DNA from: Vibrio penaeicida
Lineage (GTDB): Bacteria > Pseudomonadota > Gammaproteobacteria > Enterobacterales > Vibrionaceae
Reading direction: 5' to 3'
Assembly (NCBI RefSeq): GCF_002933855.1
Contig: NZ_BFAQ01000025.1
Coordinates: forward strand, 24,009-56,008
Length of the DNA: 32,000 nucleotides
In this document: positions 25,798 to 32,000 of the stretch, piece after piece
Numbering within the stretch: the first letter of the stretch is position 1
Layout of the letters: the number at the start of each line of letters is the position of its first letter
Notes under the pieces: model-generated
Told to the model about the DNA's origin: nothing
Databases searched by the model: none
What the model saw: the letters and a program-made list of their open reading frames with translations, nothing else
Translations under genes and position numbers: made by a program

Positions 25798-25837
25798 AAG
25801 CCGCCAATTTTTATTCATATTGGCGGCTTCACTTTTT
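25798..25837 (+). terminator. Rho-independent terminator
   Basis: 11-bp stem 'aagccgccaat' 25798-25808 pairs with 'attggcggctt' 25819-25829, then 'cacttttt'. Confidence 0.85.
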
Positions 25838-26058
25838 CTAGGCTTACTCTTCACACTCTTTGTCTATTCTGAAGAAACAGAAATGCGGTGCTTGAGCTAA
25901 ATAATCGGAACTCAGATTAAATAGACTCGCGTTCGGGTTTAACGATTGATTCTTGTTGCGAACATTAACGCTGTAAAATATTTAAAGAACTGATTTTTAC
26001 CCTTATAATGCGCGGCTAAATTTTTAGCCTCATAAGAAAACCAACAGAAGGATACACA

Positions 26059-27357
26059 ATGAAGTTACGTGCTTGCGCCGCGTTTGTAATTGGCGCACTA
26101 GGTACAGCGACACCTGCTATCGCAGCGTCCGAAATAACGGATATTCGTTCAGATTCCACAGTGGAAACAGGCGATATGCTGCAACTTGTGATCCCTCTCA
26201 GCGGCTATATGGCAGCATGGATGCATGACGATTGGGAAGGGGCAAAACAATTGACCTATTCCGTTTTGGCTTCACAAATCATTGTCGACACCACCAAAAA
26301 AATCGTTGGCAGACAAAGACCTAGTGGCACTAGCCCTCGTTCTTATCCTTCTGGCCATGCGGCTGCGGGTTTCTCTGGTGCGCACTTTTTGCAAATGCGA
26401 TACGGTGCAGAGTGGGGTGTACCTGCCTATGCGGCGGCTTCGTACGTCGCGTACAGCCGAGTTCATGGTAAACGTCATTTTGTGAGTGACGTAACGGCAA
26501 GCGCGGGTATCTCCTTCTTAGTTAACCAATACTTTGTTTCCCCATATGCCAATGACGGGGTATACCTAAATGCTCAACAAACCGAAGACGGTATGTCACT
26601 GAATGTCACCATAACAGAAGCGGCATTTAACCAAGAGCGCAGCTCAAAAGATCGTATTCAAACAGTGGTAACACCACTCAAAAACAAAATTGAAGTCGGG
26701 CTGGGTTCTCATCTGAGTTTCTTCACTGAAGACCTGATCATGAACCAGAACTTTAGCGATGTAACTCAAGTCGATAAGCTTCAACCTTATACTCGCATTA
26801 CCTACTCACGCGAATTGGCAAACAGCAACGCGCTGGATTTCGAGTTTATTCCAACAGAACTGCGCGTTACGGGCAAAGCGAAACAAGATTTCAGCTACCA
26901 AGGTAAAGGCTACGCGAAAGGCGAGTCTTTGGTGAGTGAGTACCGACACTACATGCTTGGCGGTAATGTATACAAAGGGTATACGCCTCTAGAAAACTTT
27001 GAAGTGAAATTTGGTTTAGGCGTTTATGCCCACCAATTTGGATACCAAGTCGCCAACGCAGATAGCCTAGGGCAACATGCAAAACGTGAGTACCTTCGAA
27101 TTCTTCCTGCTATGACAGCCAGAGCAACCTACACACTATGGGACAGCGTTGCAGTAACAGGTGAATATCGTTTCCAAAGCTGGGAAAAGAACAGCCACAA
27201 CACGGCAAAACTTGGGGTTAATTATCAAATCAACCGTGCATGGGATGTAGGCCTGAACTACTTAACCTCATCCACCAACCTTCCAGCAAGTGTAGAATTT
27301 GATGAAGTGGGCTACGACAACAGCTCGGTAGAACTTCTGTTTTCAAACCGCTTCTAG
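26059..27357 (+). CDS. Secreted PAP2-family phosphatase domain fused to a C-terminal predicted outer-membrane beta-barrel
   Basis: Signal peptide 'ALGTATPAIAAS'. PAP2 motifs 'KKIVGRQRP', 'PSGH' and 'SRVHGKRHFVSD' (nt 26296-26490). The C-terminal roughly 265 aa show alternating hydrophobic/polar strands and end in 'VELLFSNRF', an aromatic C-terminal OMP signal. Confidence 0.85.
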   Translation: MKLRACAAFVIGALGTATPAIAASEITDIRSDSTVETGDMLQLVIPLSGYMAAWMHDDWEGAKQLTYSVLASQIIVDTTKKIVGRQRPSGTSPRSYPSGHAAAGFSGAHFLQMRYGAEWGVPAYAAASYVAYSRVHGKRHFVSDVTASAGISFLVNQYFVSPYANDGVYLNAQQTEDGMSLNVTITEAAFNQERSSKDRIQTVVTPLKNKIEVGLGSHLSFFTEDLIMNQNFSDVTQVDKLQPYTRITYSRELANSNALDFEFIPTELRVTGKAKQDFSYQGKGYAKGESLVSEYRHYMLGGNVYKGYTPLENFEVKFGLGVYAHQFGYQVANADSLGQHAKREYLRILPAMTARATYTLWDSVAVTGEYRFQSWEKNSHNTAKLGVNYQINRAWDVGLNYLTSSTNLPASVEFDEVGYDNSSVELLFSNRF

Positions 27358-27392
27358 AGCTTCCCATTCACCGAGGTTTAAGCCTGACACCC

Positions 27393-27420
27393 AAAGCTCC
27401 GATATTCTCGGAGCTTTTTT
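27393..27420 (+). terminator. Rho-independent terminator
   Basis: 'aaagctccga tattc tcggagcttt ttt'. Confidence 0.85.
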
Positions 27421-27509
27421 ATACTCAAGCTACCTCATGGTACTTGGATACAATTGATCATCCGCCAAATTCTTTCGTACAATTAAAAAAATTTGGCAAT
27501 GAGAATATT

Positions 27510-27899
27510 ATGGCACTCACTATTTTCTACGATGGAACATGCCCTTTATGCAAAGCAGAAATGGATCAGCTTAAGCGTTTTGATTTGCATCAGCGTCTTG
27601 TTTTAGAAGATCTTTATCAACCCGACTTCTCACATAAATACCCAAATATCAGTGTTACTGATGCAAATCGGATTCTTCACGCACTAGACGATAATAACCA
27701 ACTGCTATTAGGGCTTGATGTTACTCAAGCTGCTTGGAACGCTGTAGGCAAAAAGCCATGGGTGAATTGGTTAAGAAAACCGTATATCCGTCCAGTTGCC
27801 GATTGGGTTTACCTTAGGTTTGCCAAGCATCGGTACACCATTTCGTGGTTGCTTACAGGTAAGAGACGCAGCGATTGCGATCAGTGTCGGCTTCCCTGA
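27510..27899 (+). CDS. DCC-family thiol-disulfide oxidoreductase (DUF393)
   Basis: 'TIFYDGTCPLCKAEM' is the DUF393 DxxCxxC motif. I prefer the ATG at 27510 (MALTIFYDG) to the TTG at 27444. Confidence 0.85.
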   Translation: MALTIFYDGTCPLCKAEMDQLKRFDLHQRLVLEDLYQPDFSHKYPNISVTDANRILHALDDNNQLLLGLDVTQAAWNAVGKKPWVNWLRKPYIRPVADWVYLRFAKHRYTISWLLTGKRRSDCDQCRLP

Positions 27900-28148
27900 T
27901 CTGAGTATACTGTAATAAAATAAACTTTGACCCAGTTATCAGTTTTGTATATCTCGCTACTTACACGCAACATTATTGTTACAATACTCCACCTTAAAAC
28001 CTATTTGCCGCCATTTAAACTGAATAATTAAGAATAAACATTGAATAGTATTGCAGGAATATCAGAAAGCAGTTATTCTTCGCAACAATGAATGAATACT
28101 AATGTTTAGTGAATAATTATTTACTAGCGGTAACAAGAGTATAAAAAG

Positions 28149-29516
28149 ATGGATAACGTAAACACGGTTAGCTCTTCTAAGAGTAAAAAGAACTTTTGGG
28201 TCTTCTTGATCCCTTCCTTGCTTGGCCTTTTCCTTTTCATGGCACCTGTCAGTTTTCAAGGTGAACTCACCATTCCCGTCGCTATTTTAGCGGGTGCATT
28301 AAAAGACTTACTGGGTGACTTGATTGTCCCTATCATTACCTTTGTGATTGGCTTTATGTCTGTGGCGACTATTTTGAATAAAGTTGCTAAGCCCGCGTTT
28401 GTCGCGAACAACGCATTTTTAACAGGGCTATTTGATCCTTCCCCACTTTGGTTTGCTGTGCGCACCATTGGTGGTATTGCGGTTTTGATGACGTATTTCC
28501 AATTTGGTCCAAAATCCATTTGGGATGAAAACACGGGCGGCCTTGTGCTAGAAGGCTTAATGCCAACACTCTTTGCTGTGTTTATTTTTGCTGGCTTACT
28601 GCTTCCATTACTTCTGAATTTTGGCCTGCTAGAGCTGTTTGGTACATTGCTGAGCAAAATCATGCGTCCACTATTTAACCTTCCGGGTCGTAGCGCGATC
28701 GACTGTATGGCTTCGTGGCTTGGTGATGGCAGTGTGGGTATCCTTCTAACCAGCAAACAGTACGAGAAAAAATTCTACACACAGCGTGAAGCCGCAGTAG
28801 TTGGTACGACGTTCTCAGCCGTTTCTATCACGTTCAGCCTCGTGGTACTGGCTCAGGTTAACCTAGAGCATATGTTCCTACCTTTTTACGGTGCCATTTG
28901 TTTAGCTGGCTTAGTTGCAGCGGTGATCATTCCGCGTCTTCCCCCTTTGAGCTATAAGAAAGATCTGTACATCGATGGTAGCGCACCAGAAGCGTCTGAC
29001 AATGCCATTCCAGAAGGCCACAATAGCTGGTCTTGGGGCCTTAACCTTGCTCTAACAAAAGCAAGCAAAGTGAAGTCAGCGAAAGAAGTATGTGTTGAAG
29101 GGCTAAAAAATGCTGCCGACATGGTATTTGGTGTACTGCCTGTTGTGATGGCGTTAGGTACTGTTGCTCTGGTCATCGCCGAGTACACGCCGGTATTTTC
29201 TATTCTTGGTCAACCATTTGTGCCGTTTTTAGAACTGCTGAACATCCCTGAAGCGGCTAAAGCATCTGAAACTATTGTGGTCGGGTTTGCAGACATGTTT
29301 ATTCCAGCCATTTTGGCGGCTTCTATTGAAAGCGACCTAACTCGCTTCGTTATCGCTGCTATGTCTGTTACTCAGCTTATCTACATGTCTGAAGTGGGCG
29401 CACTACTATTGGGAAGCCGTATCCCGGTTAACATCGCAGAATTGTTCATCATCTTCATTTTGCGCACACTCATTACGCTTCCAGTTATTGCAGGTATTGC
29501 GCATCTGATTTTTTAA
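28149..29516 (+). CDS. Nucleoside-recognition (Gate) domain membrane protein, YjiH-family-like
   Basis: 455 aa and polytopic. The N-terminal 'FLIPSLLGLFLFMAPVSFQGELTIPVAIL' resembles my recollection of YjiH-family N-termini. The function assignment is weak and the substrate is unknown. Confidence 0.8.
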   Translation: MDNVNTVSSSKSKKNFWVFLIPSLLGLFLFMAPVSFQGELTIPVAILAGALKDLLGDLIVPIITFVIGFMSVATILNKVAKPAFVANNAFLTGLFDPSPLWFAVRTIGGIAVLMTYFQFGPKSIWDENTGGLVLEGLMPTLFAVFIFAGLLLPLLLNFGLLELFGTLLSKIMRPLFNLPGRSAIDCMASWLGDGSVGILLTSKQYEKKFYTQREAAVVGTTFSAVSITFSLVVLAQVNLEHMFLPFYGAICLAGLVAAVIIPRLPPLSYKKDLYIDGSAPEASDNAIPEGHNSWSWGLNLALTKASKVKSAKEVCVEGLKNAADMVFGVLPVVMALGTVALVIAEYTPVFSILGQPFVPFLELLNIPEAAKASETIVVGFADMFIPAILAASIESDLTRFVIAAMSVTQLIYMSEVGALLLGSRIPVNIAELFIIFILRTLITLPVIAGIAHLIF

Positions 29517-29520
29517 ATAC

Positions 29521-29595
29521 AGATTTTTTAAGTGAAAGTTTTCTAAGTACTGCTTTTCTATGTACAGGTTTTCTAAGTACAGGCTTTCTATGTAC
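29521..29595. repeat. 15-bp tandem repeat (4 good copies plus 1 degenerate) between the stop codon and the terminator
   Basis: 'aagttttctaagtac' / 'tgcttttctatgtac' / 'aggttttctaagtac' / 'aggctttctatgtac' at 29536-29595, preceded by the degenerate 'agattttttaagtga'. Confidence 0.85.
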
Positions 29596-29614
29596 AAAAA
29601 GTAAAACGCCTCTA

Positions 29615-29645
29615 ATACCCCCTGATAGTTCAGGGGGTATTTTTG
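29615..29645 (+). terminator. Rho-independent terminator
   Basis: 'ataccccctg atagtt cagggggtat ttttg'. Confidence 0.85.
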
Positions 29646-30022
29646 TTATATCCAATACTCTCTTACACTTTTCTTGTCTTCAATATGGCTATTGATAAAT
29701 CGAATAAAATCACTATTATTCATCTAGTTACGAAGCAAGGCTAATGATTTCATTGTCAGTAATTTTACCGCACTCTGCTCTATCGCCTTCTCTTGTTTGT
29801 TTTTCAAAAAGCCCAAATTAAAATGCGATCAAACATAAACTGTGACAACGAATTGATATAAACGTATCAATCAATTGAATGTCACTTTATTTTTGCTATT
29901 AGTTATCTCTTAAGTATGTGGGCTTACCATTATTGTCTTATTTATCAATAAGTAACTCATTAAGTCTGGTACTACTTAGAATGTACGGCGTACGCTTCCT
30001 ATTAACAAAATGGAATTAAATA

Positions 30023-32000
30023 ATGGGTTCAAAAGATGGTCGTTTACCATTAAATGGTGACTTGCTTAAGCAATTAAGGAAGCAAAAAGGGCTGAGCCAA
30101 GAAAGGCTAGCCGAGCAATGCACAGAAAACCGATTGTATGTCTCTCTATCTTCAATAAAACGTGCAGAGTCTGGCAGTAGTATTTTGTATCGCACAGCGA
30201 AAGAACTCGCTACGTTTTACTCGGTGGAAGTAGAAGATCTCATCCAAAATTCTGCCCCAATATTACAAAAAGAATTGTCGACCATACCGGAACATACGCA
30301 TCAAGTTTTGCGCCTTTCGATAGAGGTTGATGATGAGTCTTTAAAATCCGAAGTCGAAAAACTGAATGATCGCTCTAATTGCTACTACATAGCAGAAAAA
30401 GGGCTTCTTGAGTTTGGCTGGTATTCACGTTCCAGTGATGAATTCGTATTCGAGCGTATTCGTCGATTATGTGCGATGCTGCAATTTACACTGAAAAGTC
30501 ACGTTCGCATGTTTGTTGAAAGCAGCCCAACCAACGCACAATTCGATGCCCAGAACACACAAGTCAGTCAGCGTGCTAAGCAATTGCTTTCTCAAATCAC
30601 TTGGGGGGATATCGTTGCATGCCCATGCTTTGTATCGTCCAATTGTGCAAGACCAAGAAATGTCTTCTTACCCGAACAACCTGAATTTAAAGATTGGCGT
30701 ATTGTGTCAATGTGCCAAGTACAAACAGACTATTTTGTCGGACGTCAATATGAGCTAACTCAACTAAGCTCCATGCATGCCCGTTTATACGATAACAATA
30801 CAGGCAGTACCGTCTGCTTAACGGGTATGGCAGGGATCGGAAAGACAAGGCTCCTTCACAAATTCATCGAAATACTTGAACATAAAAACTGCTCTCCGGT
30901 ACGAGTTCAAATATTAAATTTTGGTGTAGTGAACTCCCTTATTCCTACGGTTAATTTGATTCGTTCATTATTCGGCTTCACACCAGAAGATGACAGCAAC
31001 CACATAAGACAATCTATTGCTATTTCACCGATTGCTTCATCTCATCACCTTTTCATTTACTGGCTGATGGGTTTAAAACTGTATGAGTCGGAACAGCGTC
31101 TTTTAGACGTGATGGAACATTCCGCTCGTAACAGAGCAATAGCAGAAAGCATTGAACAGCTGCTTTCACACCGCCCAGCTCACCTTGGTCAACTCGTGAT
31201 TACCGTAGAGGATTTACACTGGGCAAATGAATTGCTTCTGTCCATTATTCAGGTTTTATCCTCATTAACGGATAGGTTCCCGGTAATGCTCGTTCTGACA
31301 TTTCGTTCTGAGCATCATTTGGTTAACGCACCGGATTGGTTTCAAACAGCGACAACAATTGCACTCAAGCCGCTTAATATGGATGAATCGATACAGTTGG
31401 CAAATTGGATGGCACCAGGAAACCAAGAGGCCGTGCAACGCTGTGTCGAGAGGGCAAGCGGACACCCACTCTTCTTAAGACAATCCTTACTCTGCTCACG
31501 TTTAGGCAACCATGTCCCCGAATCTTTAGAGCACCTTGTCGTAGTTCAACTATACAAACTCGATGCAAATAACCTTTCTGCGATAAAGGCGGCGTCCGTA
31601 TTCGGGCAATGCTTCAACTTGGAGCAGCTTCAGTTTGTTTTAAATGATGAACATTACTATCCAAGAACCTTGTTAGAACACGGTTTGATTAAGCATTCTG
31701 AACAAGGATTTATGTTCCACCACGATCTCATTTGTTCAGCGGTACAAAGCCAACTTTCCGATAGTGAAAGGCGGCTGCTAAACGAGCACTGTGCTAAGTG
31801 GTTTGAAGAAAGAGACAAAAAGCAGTTTGCGCTCCACTCAAAAAGGGCGCAGTGCAAAGATGCCTTTACGATCCTAATTAAAAGTGCCAAAGAATACATC
31901 AGCAGCTTTCAGTTTGAGCAAGCGTTGGAATTGATTGAAGAAGCCATTGAAATTGTTCCAAAAAGTGAAACAGCATACGCTCTAAACTTAAAAGGCAATT
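30023..32000 (+). CDS. XRE-type HTH + degenerate cyclase-homology-like region + AAA_16 (STAND) ATPase + TPR protein; 3'-truncated by the window end
   Basis: I translated this by hand because it is not in the ORF track (no stop before 32000): 'MGSKDGRLPLNGDLLKQLRKQKGLSQERLAEQCTENRLYVSLSSIKRAESG..' (Cro/C1 HTH). Walker A 'GMAGIGKTRL' at 30824-30847. Walker B-like 'LVITVEDLHWANE'. Also 'GHPLFLRQ' and a helical-repeat tail '..FQFEQALELIEEAIEIV..'. At least 659 codons are open. Confidence 0.85.
   Translation, partial: MGSKDGRLPLNGDLLKQLRKQKGLSQERLAEQCTENRLYVSLSSIKRAESGSSILYRTAKELATFYSVEVEDLIQNSAPILQKELSTIPEHTHQVLRLSIEVDDESLKSEVEKLNDRSNCYYIAEKGLLEFGWYSRSSDEFVFERIRRLCAMLQFTLKSHVRMFVESSPTNAQFDAQNTQVSQRAKQLLSQITWGDIVACPCFVSSNCARPRNVFLPEQPEFKDWRIVSMCQVQTDYFVGRQYELTQLSSMHARLYDNNTGSTVCLTGMAGIGKTRLLHKFIEILEHKNCSPVRVQILNFGVVNSLIPTVNLIRSLFGFTPEDDSNHIRQSIAISPIASSHHLFIYWLMGLKLYESEQRLLDVMEHSARNRAIAESIEQLLSHRPAHLGQLVITVEDLHWANELLLSIIQVLSSLTDRFPVMLVLTFRSEHHLVNAPDWFQTATTIALKPLNMDESIQLANWMAPGNQEAVQRCVERASGHPLFLRQSLLCSRLGNHVPESLEHLVVVQLYKLDANNLSAIKAASVFGQCFNLEQLQFVLNDEHYYPRTLLEHGLIKHSEQGFMFHHDLICSAVQSQLSDSERRLLNEHCAKWFEERDKKQFALHSKRAQCKDAFTILIKSAKEYISSFQFEQALELIEEAIEIVPKSETAYALNLKGN

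Noticed and set aside
28256-28756. 166-aa minus-strand ORF
   Set aside because: It is an antisense shadow of the YjiH-like membrane protein gene, with a low-complexity Ser/Pro/Lys-rich translation and no family resemblance.
30513-30758. 81-aa plus-strand ORF from the track
   Set aside because: It is out of frame inside the much longer open frame starting at 30023, which carries HTH and Walker motifs.
1-32000. Prophage, integrative element or defence island
   Set aside because: There is no integrase, recombinase, tRNA attachment site, phage structural gene, toxin-antitoxin pair or restriction-modification signature. Apart from the AT-rich spacers at 16.2-16.8 kb and 29.6-30.0 kb, the composition looks uniform by eye.

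Overview
All homology statements below come from reading the translations and recalling family motifs. No database search was run.

The window reads as a gammaproteobacterial, Vibrionaceae-like chromosomal segment. By eye it has mid-40s %GC coding sequence and AT-rich spacers. I can support 25 protein genes, 2 of them truncated by the window edges. I found no rRNA, tRNA, CRISPR array, integrase or intact IS element.

Gene content, left to right:
1. A minus-strand pentitol locus, most likely for ribitol. It encodes a LacI repressor, a sugar-binding protein, a single-NBD ABC ATPase, a permease, an RbtD-like ribitol dehydrogenase and an FGGY pentulose kinase.
2. deoD, followed 35 bp later by a 489-aa Cys-rich protein that looks like a domesticated IS1-type transposase.
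3. An overlapping pair of paralogous TPR proteins. One has a degenerate GGDEF-like C-terminus and the other an intact GGEEF diguanylate cyclase.
4. An EamA/DMT transporter and a yiaW-yiaV (DUF3302 + HlyD) pair.
5. A 625-bp AT-rich spacer holding an orphan minus-strand terminator and a 16-codon ORF with a strong SD.
6. Two tandemly duplicated Cache-like/GGDEF sensor cyclases.
7. A DJ-1/PfpI protein, an orphan terminator bracketed by an 11-bp inverted repeat, and an RHH protein.
8. A DUF1007 + NicO metal-transporter pair preceded by a near-perfect Zur-box palindrome.
9. A lipoprotein-type S9A prolyl oligopeptidase, a PAP2 phosphatase fused to a predicted outer-membrane beta-barrel, a DCC/DUF393 protein and a YjiH-like Gate-domain membrane protein.
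10. After an AT-rich gap, a long ORF that is absent from the ORF track because it has no stop in the window. It encodes an XRE-HTH + cyclase-like + AAA_16 (STAND) ATPase + TPR protein.

The strongest candidates for undescribed biology are:
- the transposase-derived Zn-ribbon/HTH protein together with the TPR active/degenerate GGDEF pair (8.7-13.4 kb);
- the HTH-STAND-TPR gene at the right edge;
- the PAP2/beta-barrel fusion;
- the Zur-box-controlled DUF1007/NicO pair.

I did not find a recognisable multi-gene defence or secretion system.
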